From: Sediminibacterium sp.
GTDB lineage: Bacteria > Bacteroidota > Bacteroidia > Chitinophagales > Chitinophagaceae
Direction of reading: 5' to 3'
Assembly: GCA_007280515.1 (NCBI GenBank)
Contig: QYPL01000012.1
Coordinates: 5,614 to 69,613 of the forward strand
DNA: 64,000 bases
This document shows, one piece after another, positions 1 to 9,353 of this stretch. The notes beneath the pieces were generated by a model. That model saw nothing but the letters and a program-made list of their open reading frames with translations, searched no databases and was not told the DNA's origin. Position 1 is the stretch's first letter. Every line of letters starts with the position of its first letter. The translations under genes and the position numbers were made by a program.

Positions 1-22
1 AAAAACTTATTAAAATAACTCT

Positions 23-781
23 ATGTCAAAAATAATATTAATCACTGGCGCTAGTGCAGGTTTTGGAAAAGCCATTGCAGAAAAATTTGCAGCAGGTGGA
101 TGGAATTTAATTTTAACAGCACGCAGAAAAGAAAAATTGGAAGCAGTGGCCACAGCCATTGAACAAAAATATAAAGTAAAAACTTTGTCTTTAATTTTTG
201 ATGTACAAAACAAAGAAGCCGTGTATCAACAAATAGGTAGCTTACCTAGCGAATGGCAAGCCGTTGACCTACTAGTAAACAATGCAGGCCTCGCCTTAGG
301 CAGAGACTCTTTTGAAAATGCCAATATCGAAGACTGGGAAACCATGATTGACACCAATGTGAAAGGTTTATTATACACTTCTAAAGCAACCCTTCCTTAT
401 TTAATTAAAAACCAAGGACATATTATAAATATTGGTAGCACAGCAGGTAAAGAAGTTTATAAGGATGGGAATGTATACTGCGCTTCCAAGCATGCAGTAG
501 ACGCCATTACCAAGGCTCAAAGAATTGATTTATTGCAATACAAAATAAAAGTAACTGCTATTCATCCGGGTGCAGTAGAAACGGATTTTTCTTTAATCAG
601 ATTTAAAGGTGATGCTACTAAAGCAGCTGCTGTATATGCAGGTTACGAACCCTTAAAAGCAGAAGACATTGCCGATACGGCTTGGTATGTAGCCAATCTA
701 CCAAAGCATGTTTGTATTAATGATATTGTAATGACCTGCTTAGCACAAGCCAATTCAATGTACTTACATAAAGACGCCTAA
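23..781 (+). CDS. SDR family NAD(P)-dependent oxidoreductase (YdfG-like)
   Basis: TGASAGFG Rossmann motif, NNAG, YCASK catalytic motif. Confidence 0.9.
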   Translation: MSKIILITGASAGFGKAIAEKFAAGGWNLILTARRKEKLEAVATAIEQKYKVKTLSLIFDVQNKEAVYQQIGSLPSEWQAVDLLVNNAGLALGRDSFENANIEDWETMIDTNVKGLLYTSKATLPYLIKNQGHIINIGSTAGKEVYKDGNVYCASKHAVDAITKAQRIDLLQYKIKVTAIHPGAVETDFSLIRFKGDATKAAAVYAGYEPLKAEDIADTAWYVANLPKHVCINDIVMTCLAQANSMYLHKDA

Positions 782-834
782 TGAAGACGCTTTAGTTTTA
801 GTTCACTAAAAAGATTGACTCTAAAAATTTCTAC

Positions 835-1800
835 TTAAAAAGATCTGTTGAGTGGAAGCGATTTTAAGTGCTCCAAACCAACTTGAAAATCTTTCCAAAT
901 TTCGTGCACAATTTCAGCTGCTGGTTGTATAGTATCTATCATGGCAGTTACTTGCCCAATTTCTAATTCTCCATTTTCCATATCGCCTTCAAACATTCCC
1001 ATCTTTGCTCTTCCTTTGCCTAAACGCTCTGCTAAGGCTTCTTTACTAGCTCCTTGTTTTTCAAAAGCTAGAATTTCGTTCGCGAATTTATTTTTTAAAA
1101 GCCTTACTGGCGCTAGTGACTTTAATCCTAATTCAGTAGCCCCTTCCTTCGATTCAATAATGACATTTTTAAAATGAATATGCGAAGAAGCTTCTATACT
1201 ACAAACAAATCTTGAACCTATTTGCACCGCATCCGCACCTAAAGCAAAAGCCGCTAACATTTGAGCTCCAGTAGCAATACCTCCTGCAGCAATTACTGGA
1301 ATTTTTACAGCCTTACACACCATGGGTATTAAAACCATAGTGGTAGTTTCCTCTCTTCCATTATGACCACCTGCCTCAAAACCTTCTGCTACCACAGCAT
1401 CACAGCCTGCAGCTTCTGCTTTTAAAGCAAATTGTGCACTACTTACTACATGCACCACCATAATTCCAGCAGCTTTCAAAACAGCAGTCCAAGTTTTAGG
1501 ATTACCTGCACTTGTAAAAACAATGGGTACTTTTTCTTCTATAATGATATTAATATGCGCTTGTAAATCGGGATACAACATGGGCAGGTTAACTGCAAAT
1601 GGTTTATGAGTAGCCGCCTTTGTCTTTTGAATATGTGTTCTTAATACTTCCGGATACATACTGCCCGCGCCAATAATACCCAAACCACCTGCATTACTTA
1701 CAGCACTAGCCAATTCCCATCCGCTGGCCCAAACCATTCCTGCTTGAATAATGGGTAGGTCAATCTTAAATAAACTTGTAATTCTATTTTCAAAAAGCAT
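835..1800 (-). CDS. FMN-dependent nitronate monooxygenase / enoyl-ACP reductase II (FabK-like) family
   Basis: PIIQAGM, EAGGH, IAAGGI, QIGSRF motifs. Confidence 0.85.
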   Translation of the reverse strand: MLFENRITSLFKIDLPIIQAGMVWASGWELASAVSNAGGLGIIGAGSMYPEVLRTHIQKTKAATHKPFAVNLPMLYPDLQAHINIIIEEKVPIVFTSAGNPKTWTAVLKAAGIMVVHVVSSAQFALKAEAAGCDAVVAEGFEAGGHNGREETTTMVLIPMVCKAVKIPVIAAGGIATGAQMLAAFALGADAVQIGSRFVCSIEASSHIHFKNVIIESKEGATELGLKSLAPVRLLKNKFANEILAFEKQGASKEALAERLGKGRAKMGMFEGDMENGELEIGQVTAMIDTIQPAAEIVHEIWKDFQVGLEHLKSLPLNRSF

Positions 1801-1866
1801 ACAAAAAGTTTAGTACCAATAACGAAATTATTAATTCCTTATTATTTCTAATAACTATATAAGTCT

Positions 1867-2859
1867 TTACCCAAAATCAATTTCTGTATTATCTCCAATA
1901 TTTAAGGTACGGCTTAAGCCTTTCACCGCCGCATCGCTTCCAATTAATGAATTATCTAAAACCACTTCATCAAGCGTAGTGTAAGAACCAATTATACTTT
2001 CTTTTACTACCGAGCTTTTAATAGTAGTATTATTTCCAATAGTCACATGTGGGCCAATAATAGAGTTTTCTATTATACATCCTTCTGCAATACTTACAGG
2101 TGCTATAATAATACTATTGGGATAGGTTTCGGCAGTTACAGCAAGTCCACCTGATTTCTTAAGCAGTACTGCATTGGCTTCTAATAAATTTTCTTTCTTA
2201 CCACAATCATACCAATGTTTCACTTTAAAGCCTTTGAATTGAACTCCTTTTTTAATCATACAATCAATGGCATCAGTTAAATTATATTCGCCATTTGATT
2301 TTATATTATCTGTAAATAATTGTTGAAAACATTCAAATAAAATAGACGACTCTTTTATTTTATATAAACCTACTAATGCATTATTAGATTTTGGAATAGC
2401 TGGTTTTTCTACCGCATGTTCTACAAAATATTCTTCATTCAATTCCACCACTCCAAACTGTCTCGGATCATCTACTTTTTTTACACCTAACATACTAAAG
2501 CTACTTTCCATTACTTCTTTAATATCAAATTCACAAATAGTGTCTCCTAGAGAAATAAATACTTCATCATTACCAACAATGGCCTTTGCTAATTCAATAG
2601 CATGGGCTGTTCCTAGTCTATCGTTCTGATACACAAAATGAGTGGTTAAATTCGGATAAGTAGCCTTAACATAGTCCTGAATTTTTTCACCTAAATAACC
2701 TATTACAAAAATAAATTCTGTGATGCCCGCTTCTTTTAACTGATCCACAATAAAACTAAGTATGGTTTTACCTGCAATAGGTATCAGTGCCTTAGGCTGC
2801 GTATAGGTATGAGGGCGGAGTTTTGCGCCAGCTCCAGCAACGGGAATAATAGCCTTCAT
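1867..2859 (-). CDS. Sugar-phosphate nucleotidyltransferase (glucose-1-phosphate thymidylyltransferase-like) with C-terminal hexapeptide repeats
   Basis: IPVAGAGAKLRPHT...PKAL, EKP, WYDCG, C-terminal left-handed beta-helix repeats. Confidence 0.85.
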   Translation of the reverse strand: MKAIIPVAGAGAKLRPHTYTQPKALIPIAGKTILSFIVDQLKEAGITEFIFVIGYLGEKIQDYVKATYPNLTTHFVYQNDRLGTAHAIELAKAIVGNDEVFISLGDTICEFDIKEVMESSFSMLGVKKVDDPRQFGVVELNEEYFVEHAVEKPAIPKSNNALVGLYKIKESSILFECFQQLFTDNIKSNGEYNLTDAIDCMIKKGVQFKGFKVKHWYDCGKKENLLEANAVLLKKSGGLAVTAETYPNSIIIAPVSIAEGCIIENSIIGPHVTIGNNTTIKSSVVKESIIGSYTTLDEVVLDNSLIGSDAAVKGLSRTLNIGDNTEIDFG

Positions 2860-2992
2860 TGTTTACTTTTTAGGGGGAGTTAAAAGTAGCAAATAACTAT
2901 TAGTAATGGAACAAAATTTAGCCTCAATTGTTCAATTTTGTACAAAGCGCTTGAAAATGTGAATATTAGGCCGCCAACTGTTGAAAAAAAGC

Positions 2993-3023
2993 TTTGCGTA
3001 GGGGTAATAATGAATTAATTTTG
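2993..3023 (+). promoter_or_regulatory. Bacteroidota primary-sigma promoter of glyA
   Basis: TTTG (2993-2996), 19-nt spacer, TAATTTTG (3016-3023); matches the -33/-7 consensus. Confidence 0.7.
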
Positions 3024-3051
3024 CAAAATAGAACAGTTTAAAAAAAGAAAT

Positions 3052-4332
3052 ATGCAAAGAGATACACTTGTTTTTGACATCATTAACCAAGAATTAGAAC
3101 GCCAAAGAAGAGGCATTGAATTAATAGCTTCTGAAAATTTTACCAGCTTACAAGTAATGCAAGCCATGGGTGGTGTAATGACCAATAAATATGCAGAAGG
3201 CTATCCAGGGAAAAGGTATTATGGAGGTTGTGAAATTGTAGATAAAACAGAACAATTAGCTATAGACCGCTTGAAAGAAATATTCGGACTTGAGTACGCG
3301 AATGTGCAACCACATAGTGGTGCACAAGCCAATGCCGCACTAATGCTTGCCATCTTAAAAAATGGTGATGGTATTTTAGGTTTAGACTTAAGCATGGGAG
3401 GCCACTTGACACATGGCAGTGCTGTGAATTTTTCTGGTAAAATTTATACGCCACATTTTTATGGAGTCGTAAAAGAAACCGGTTTGATAGATTATGAAAT
3501 GTTAGAAAGTCAAGCGAGAACACATAAGCCTAAATTAATTATTTGTGGCGCTAGTGCTTATAGCCGCGATATTGATTACGCTCGTATTCGCAAAGTAGCA
3601 GACGAAGTAGGTGCTTTTGTACTTGCCGATATTGCACATCCTTCAGGATTAATTGCAAAAGGATTATTAAGTTCTCCATTTAATCATTGTCATTTTGTTA
3701 CTTCTACCACACATAAAACTTTACGCGGCCCTCGTGGTGGTGTCATTATGATGGCTAAAGATGGCGAGAACACTTTAGGCTTAAAAGATGTAAAAGGAAA
3801 TTTAAGATTATGGTCCAATGTAATTGACATGGCGGTGTTCCCTGGTACACAAGGTGGACCACTAGAACACGTCATTGCTGCTAAAGCCATTGCTTTTGGT
3901 GAAATATTATCTGATGAATTTATGGTGTATCAAAAACAAGTACAAACAAATGCAAAAGCCATGGCAGCTGCATTTGTGGCGAAAGGATATGAAATAATTA
4001 GTGGTGGAACGGATAATCATTTAATGTTAATTGATTTACGCAATAAAAATATTAGTGGTAAAAAGGCAGAGCAAGTTTTAGGACATGCCGATATTACGGC
4101 CAATAAAAACATGGTGCCTTACGACGATAAATCGGCCTTTGTTACTTCTGGTATTCGATTTGGTGTACCCGCTATTACAACACGCGGTTTGAACGAAGCC
4201 CATATTCCTTTTGTAGTAGAAGCCATTGACAAAGTTTTGATGAATGCAGACAATGAAACTATAATTGCAGATACTAAGAAAGAAGTGAATAAGTTTATGG
4301 AGCAGTTTGTACTGTATCCAGAATTAGGATAA
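3052..4332 (+). CDS. glyA: Serine hydroxymethyltransferase
   Basis: [35 protein letters not shown] site. Confidence 0.98.
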   Translation: MQRDTLVFDIINQELERQRRGIELIASENFTSLQVMQAMGGVMTNKYAEGYPGKRYYGGCEIVDKTEQLAIDRLKEIFGLEYANVQPHSGAQANAALMLAILKNGDGILGLDLSMGGHLTHGSAVNFSGKIYTPHFYGVVKETGLIDYEMLESQARTHKPKLIICGASAYSRDIDYARIRKVADEVGAFVLADIAHPSGLIAKGLLSSPFNHCHFVTSTTHKTLRGPRGGVIMMAKDGENTLGLKDVKGNLRLWSNVIDMAVFPGTQGGPLEHVIAAKAIAFGEILSDEFMVYQKQVQTNAKAMAAAFVAKGYEIISGGTDNHLMLIDLRNKNISGKKAEQVLGHADITANKNMVPYDDKSAFVTSGIRFGVPAITTRGLNEAHIPFVVEAIDKVLMNADNETIIADTKKEVNKFMEQFVLYPELG

Positions 4333-4382
4333 GCTTAGCATTTGACTTTAATGAGATTAATGAGTTTAATCAGTATAGAAAG

Positions 4383-4408
4383 AACCTCCCTCACCCGGAG
4401 GTTTTTTT
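4383..4408 (+). terminator. Intrinsic terminator of glyA
   Basis: AACCTCC-N7-GGAGGTT followed by a T tract. Confidence 0.75.
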
Positions 4409-4433
4409 ATTTTAAATAGATTAACTTTATACT

Positions 4434-4835
4434 ATGATACAAAGAATACAAACCATTTGGCTTTTACTTGCTAGCGCTGCAGCCTTTTCTGCACTGCGTT
4501 TTCCTTTCTATTATACACCCACACCCTTTGCTTTAGAAATTAATGGCAGTGCAGGATACAGTACACTTATATCTTTGGCTTTTAGCGCTTGTCTTTCTTT
4601 TATTACTATATTTTTATACGGTAACCGTATGTTGCAATTAAAAGTAGTGCTAATCAATTTTTTATTATCGGTACTTATTGGATACTTCGTTTATAAAATA
4701 GTTATAGCCAACCCAGGCGGTGGCTTCACCCTGCCTTCACTTGCATTATTCACCATACCCATACTGCAAATAATGGCAATAGTTAATATTTACAAAGACG
4801 AAATGAAAGTGAAAAGCGCAGATAGGTTACGATAG
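4434..4835 (+). CDS. DUF4293-like membrane protein
   Basis: MIQRIQT N-terminus, four TM helices and the KDE..VKSADRLR C-terminus typical of this Bacteroidota family. Confidence 0.85.
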   Translation: MIQRIQTIWLLLASAAAFSALRFPFYYTPTPFALEINGSAGYSTLISLAFSACLSFITIFLYGNRMLQLKVVLINFLLSVLIGYFVYKIVIANPGGGFTLPSLALFTIPILQIMAIVNIYKDEMKVKSADRLR

Positions 4836-4885
4836 CTGGCTACGATAGTCTATTTTACTAACTAGGATTTGTATAGAAATTAAAC

Positions 4886-5224
4886 CTAAGCTGCTTCTAA
4901 TTCTTTCTCAATAGCGTTTTGCACTAACTGATTCAAACTAATTCCCTTCATAGTAGCAAGTAAGGCAGCTTTTTGATGTATCGCTGGCTTCACACGTACA
5001 TTAAAGGACCCTTTATAACTTTTTAATAATGGTTTATTAAAATGCTTACATGACTCAATATACTCATCTACTGAAATTTTAAATTGTTGTATCAAATCAC
5101 CCACTTCAGTTGATTCATAGGTAACTAAATCATATATGCCTTCAATTTTACCAAATAAAACTTGATCTTCATCTGTGTAATTAACAGATCCGATAAAACC
5201 TTTGTAGCTTAATGTGTTTTTCAT
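4886..5224 (-). CDS. hicB: Type II TA antitoxin HicB
   Basis: LSYKGFIGSV...YKGSFNVRV...GISLNQLV (RNase H-like domain plus ribbon-helix-helix); overlaps the hicA stop. Confidence 0.9.
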   Translation of the reverse strand: MKNTLSYKGFIGSVNYTDEDQVLFGKIEGIYDLVTYESTEVGDLIQQFKISVDEYIESCKHFNKPLLKSYKGSFNVRVKPAIHQKAALLATMKGISLNQLVQNAIEKELEAA

Positions 5225-5472
5225 TTTCTTTCTTTTAATTTTTCATTGATGTACTTCATCAAATAGGGTTTAAGAATATTTCCAGGGTGTGGTTTGTGAA
5301 TTTTAAATTCATGCCCTATTGTTTCATTATGAAACGAAACTCTAGACCCTGAAGTTTTTCCTAAGTGGTATTCTTGGTAACCCAATCCACTTAACATTGT
5401 TTTTAATTCGTTATAAGTAAAGTCCTTTGGCTGTGCTAAGAACCTTTCTAGTAGTTTATCTTTCTTTGTCAT
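5221..5472 (-). CDS. hicA: Type II TA toxin HicA
   Basis: GKTSGSRVSF...IHKPHP motif; ATG at 5472 chosen over the upstream TTG. Confidence 0.9.
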   Translation of the reverse strand: MTKKDKLLERFLAQPKDFTYNELKTMLSGLGYQEYHLGKTSGSRVSFHNETIGHEFKIHKPHPGNILKPYLMKYINEKLKERK

Positions 5473-5478
5473 ACAAAT

Positions 5479-5509
5479 TTGCAACTATTTTTTAGTTACA
5501 ACAAAAATA
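5479..5509 (-). promoter_or_regulatory. hicAB -7 promoter element and palindromic operator
   Basis: TTGCAACTA-N5-TAGTTACAA inverted repeat (5479-5501) between TATTTTTG (minus strand, 5502-5509) and the ATG. Confidence 0.65.
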
Positions 5510-5578
5510 ATAAAAGAATTTTCAGACAGACAAATTTAATTTGTCTAATTAATTGATTTTAAACAAGTTAAATAGAAT

Positions 5579-8422
5579 TTAGTCTAAATACTTCCCTGTT
5601 TGAGAAGCCTTGCATTTGGCTAAACCCTTGGGTACACCTGCATAAACCACGGTGCCGCCGCCTTCGCCAGCCTCTGGTCCCATATCAATTACCCAGTCGG
5701 CTACTTTAATAATATCGGTATTATGTTCTACTACTATTAAAGAATGTCCTTGATCTATTAAAGCATTAAACGCTTTTAATAATTTATGAATATCATGAAA
5801 ATGAAGTCCTGTAGTAGGTTCATCAAATATGAATAACATTTTACTACTTGCTTTTCCCTTGCCTAAAAAGCTAGCTAGTTTTACTCTTTGTGCTTCTCCT
5901 CCACTTAAAGTACTACTGCTCTGTCCTAATTTCACATAGCCTAGCCCTACTTCTTGTAAGGGACTAATAGCAAATACGATATTTTTTTCTTCGCTAAAAA
6001 ATGTAATGGCTTCATCCACACTCATTTCTAGTACCTCGTAAATATTTTTTCCTTTGTACTGTACTTCTAAGACTGTTTCCTTAAATCTCTTTCCGCCGCA
6101 ATCCTCACAGGTTAAATGCACATCGGCTAAAAACTGCATCTCTACTAATTGCTCTCCTTCTCCTTTACAAGTATCGCACCTACCACCATCTACATTGAAA
6201 GAAAAATGCTTGGGCAAAAAGCCTCTAATTTTTGAAAGCGCTTGTTTAGAATATAAATCTCTTATAGCATCGTAGGCTTTGATATAAGTCACCGGGTTGG
6301 ATCTCGATGATTTTCCAATAGGATTTTGGTCCACCATTTCTATTTGATCAATCAAGTGTATGTCGCCACTAATGGCATTATATCCGCCTACTATTTCTGT
6401 AGGAAGTGATTTTGCCTTTAATAAGGCATTGTACAATACTTGTTTCACCAAGGTGGTTTTACCACTACCACTCACTCCGCTTACTACACATAAACTATGC
6501 AAAGGAAATTGTACATTAATAGTTTTTAAATTATGTAAATAAGCCCCTTCTAAATTAATAGAGTGTTTGGAGATTCTTGTTTTTGCTGGAATAGGTATAC
6601 TTAAAGTTCCACTCAAATACTTTCCTGTTAAACTATTTTTATCTTTTATAAGTGCTGGCGCATTACCCACTGCTACTACTTCTCCACCCTGGTGGGCTGC
6701 AAGAGGGCCCATATCAATGATATGATCCGCCTGACGCATAATTTGTTCATCGTGCTCTACCACCACCACTGTATTACCTAAGTCTCTTAAGTTTTGTAAA
6801 ACTTTAATTAGCCTTTCTGTATCTCTTGAATGAAGTCCAATACTTGGCTCATCTAAAATATATAATGAATTTGTTAAATTAGATCCCAAACATCTGGTAA
6901 GTTGTATTCTTTGACTTTCTCCACCACTTAAACTATTGGCAAGCCTTGACAAGGTTAAATAACCCAAGCCTACATCCATTAAAGTTTGAATGCGTTGTTC
7001 TAATTCAATTAATAACCTTTTAGCTACTTGCTTATCATGCTCAGGTAGTTTTAACCCCGTAAACCAAACTTGTAAATCCTTTACAGGCATGGCGCATAAT
7101 TCTCCAATATGTTTGCCTGCAATTTTTACATACAAGGCTTCCTTACGCACTCTATAACCTTCACAATCGGGACAGTTGGTTCTTCCACGATACCTACTAA
7201 GCATGACCCTAAACTGTACTTTATATAAATGTGCTTTTACATCTTCAAAAAAATCATCTATACCTAATGCCTTGCCCACACCCTCCCATAATTGCGTGGT
7301 CTGCGTTTTAGTTAACTTATTAATGGGTTGATGTATTGGAAAACCAGCCTTGCCTGCTTCTTTAATAAACTGATCCTTCCACCAAACTAATTTCTCCCCT
7401 TTCCATGGCGCCACCCCTCCATCATAAACCGATAAATTAGTATTGGGTATGACCAAGTTTTCATCAATACCTAAAACCTGACTATAGCCTTCGCAAGTAG
7501 GACAAGCACCATAAGAATTATTGAAAGAAAATAAATTAGGACTAGGCTCGTCAAAATTCATCCCATCTAAAGTGAATTTATTATTAAAGGTTTTTAAAAT
7601 AGTTTCGTTTTGCTCTACCCATAAAATTCCTTCTCCTTCATAAAAGGCAGTACCAATGGAATCGCTCATTCTATGTAGATCATCTTCATCAAATGCTTTC
7701 ACCACCACTCTATCAATTAAAACATATACATCGTGCGCTTTAATAGTTTTAGTTATTTCTACCTTAGTCATGGCCAAGGCATCTTCTATTCTTAAAATAT
7801 GAGAGGAAGCTTCTTTTGTAGCTTTTATAGATTCAGCTTCTGACCTTAAATAAATTCTAGCAAAACCTTTTTGTAATAATATATTTAGCTCTTCTTGAAT
7901 ATCTCTTTTGGCTTGTTGCTTGAAGGGAACGATTAAAACCATCTTATCTCCTGTCTTCCCTTTTTGTATAAATTCCAAAACATCTTGCACATCTTGCTTT
8001 TTTACCTCTAATCCACTAATAGGAGAATAGGTTTTTCCCACCCTTGCAAAAAACACCCTTAAATAATCATAAATTTCGGTCATACTGCCCACTGTACTTC
8101 TTGGGGTACGCGTTACCACCTTCTGCTCAATGGCAATGGCAGGACAAAGCCCTTTTATATAATCTACATCGGGCTTGCCCATACGAGACATAAACTGTCT
8201 GGCATAGGATGATAAGCTTTCCGCATAGCGCCTTTGACCCTCGGCAAATAAGGTATCAATGGTAAGAGACGACTTGCCACTTCCAGAAACCCCCGTCACT
8301 ACAATAAATTGGTTGCGCGGAAATTCAACAGATACATTTTTTAGATTATGCACCCTAGCCCCCACGACTTGTATATCATTATTAGCTGCCTCTGCTTTTT
8401 GTACTTTTTTACTGCCTGCCAT
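5579..8422 (-). CDS. uvrA: Excinuclease ABC subunit A
   Basis: Two ABC ATPase modules (GVSGSGKS/T, LSGGE, DEP) and zinc fingers. Confidence 0.95.
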   Translation of the reverse strand: MAGSKKVQKAEAANNDIQVVGARVHNLKNVSVEFPRNQFIVVTGVSGSGKSSLTIDTLFAEGQRRYAESLSSYARQFMSRMGKPDVDYIKGLCPAIAIEQKVVTRTPRSTVGSMTEIYDYLRVFFARVGKTYSPISGLEVKKQDVQDVLEFIQKGKTGDKMVLIVPFKQQAKRDIQEELNILLQKGFARIYLRSEAESIKATKEASSHILRIEDALAMTKVEITKTIKAHDVYVLIDRVVVKAFDEDDLHRMSDSIGTAFYEGEGILWVEQNETILKTFNNKFTLDGMNFDEPSPNLFSFNNSYGACPTCEGYSQVLGIDENLVIPNTNLSVYDGGVAPWKGEKLVWWKDQFIKEAGKAGFPIHQPINKLTKTQTTQLWEGVGKALGIDDFFEDVKAHLYKVQFRVMLSRYRGRTNCPDCEGYRVRKEALYVKIAGKHIGELCAMPVKDLQVWFTGLKLPEHDKQVAKRLLIELEQRIQTLMDVGLGYLTLSRLANSLSGGESQRIQLTRCLGSNLTNSLYILDEPSIGLHSRDTERLIKVLQNLRDLGNTVVVVEHDEQIMRQADHIIDMGPLAAHQGGEVVAVGNAPALIKDKNSLTGKYLSGTLSIPIPAKTRISKHSINLEGAYLHNLKTINVQFPLHSLCVVSGVSGSGKTTLVKQVLYNALLKAKSLPTEIVGGYNAISGDIHLIDQIEMVDQNPIGKSSRSNPVTYIKAYDAIRDLYSKQALSKIRGFLPKHFSFNVDGGRCDTCKGEGEQLVEMQFLADVHLTCEDCGGKRFKETVLEVQYKGKNIYEVLEMSVDEAITFFSEEKNIVFAISPLQEVGLGYVKLGQSSSTLSGGEAQRVKLASFLGKGKASSKMLFIFDEPTTGLHFHDIHKLLKAFNALIDQGHSLIVVEHNTDIIKVADWVIDMGPEAGEGGGTVVYAGVPKGLAKCKASQTGKYLD

Positions 8423-8594
8423 ATAGCAAAATAACAGATTCTAGCCCATTTTGTTCTAGAAATTTGTACCCTCTTTTTTCATTCAAAATGTGGATAGCTT
8501 TGAAATGATTTTCTTGTTTTCCACAAATGAAAATTCGATGCCTATTGCGAGTAATTTGCCTTTACTAACCCATCGAAACCTACCCAAAAAAACA

Positions 8595-9176
8595 ATGAAC
8601 AAAGAAATCCAAATCACAGACAACGAACTCATTCAATCGTTTCAAGACGGTAATTCTCGTGCTTTTGATGCCTTATTAGAGCGTCATCAAAACAGAATTT
8701 ATAATGCCATTTTATTCATGGTAAAAGATAGCTACTTAGCCGAAGATTTATTTCAAGAAATTTTAATAAAAATTATAGACAACCTTAAACAAAAGAAGTA
8801 TTCAGAAGAAGGCAAATTTTTACCTTGGGCTTTACGCATCTCTCACAACTTTGTAGTAGACCATTTTAGAAAAGTAAAACGCACACCCACTATTAAAACA
8901 AGTGATGACCAAGATTTATTTGAAATTATTAAGCATGCCGACCATCCTGCCGATTATAAAATGACCCGCAGTCAAACACATAAAAATATTCAAGAATTAG
9001 TTGATCTACTTCCAGAAGAGCAAAGAGAAATTATTGTTCTAAGACATTATGCCAATTTAAGTTTTAAAGAAATTGCACAAATGACTAATTGCAGCATTAA
9101 CACTGCACTTGGCAGAATGCGTTATGGTTTAATAAACTTAAGAAAGATGATGACCGAACGCGGCATGAGTTTGTAG
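8595..9176 (+). CDS. ECF sigma-70 family RNA polymerase sigma factor
   Basis: AEDLFQE region 2; LPEEQREII and SFKEIA region 4; start at 8595 inferred. Confidence 0.9.
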   Translation: MNKEIQITDNELIQSFQDGNSRAFDALLERHQNRIYNAILFMVKDSYLAEDLFQEILIKIIDNLKQKKYSEEGKFLPWALRISHNFVVDHFRKVKRTPTIKTSDDQDLFEIIKHADHPADYKMTRSQTHKNIQELVDLLPEEQREIIVLRHYANLSFKEIAQMTNCSINTALGRMRYGLINLRKMMTERGMSL

Positions 9177-9349
9177 TATATATTGCTATTGATAAAAAAT
9201 CTAATAGCAATATATACAACCCTCTTATGATTTTATTAAAAAAGCTCCAATAGGAGCTTTTTTTGATTTATGTTCGTCTTTTAATAAATATAAAGACTCC
9301 ATAAATCCTCTTATGATTTTATTAAAAAAGCTCCTTATGGAGCTTTTTT
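9176..9349 (+). repeat. Two-unit hairpin-motif-terminator array (86-bp period)
   Basis: CCTCTTATGATTTTATTAAAAAAGCTCC-N4-GGAGCTTTTTT at 9221 and 9307, each preceded by a different hairpin of about 42 nt. Confidence 0.9.
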
Positions 9350-9353
9350 AAAC

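Noticed and set aside
5545-5570. Integrase attachment-site remnant next to hicAB
   Set aside because: The AT-rich imperfect palindrome has no partner site, tRNA or integrase in the window.
8490-8594. Longer N-termini given by the ORF track (sigma, metG, transketolase, MsbA-like, lspA, iscS, hicA)
   Set aside because: The extensions are non-homologous and mostly overlap promoter elements or neighbouring genes; downstream ATGs were used.
9176-9349. CRISPR mini-array
   Set aside because: Only two repeats, each a terminator with A/T tracts; spacers are self-complementary; no cas genes or leader in the window.
9227-9351. Micropeptides starting at the ATG inside the motif (MILLKKLQ, MILLKKLLMELF)
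   Set aside because: Length and sequence are not conserved with the 21-kb copies, and the frames run through terminator stems.
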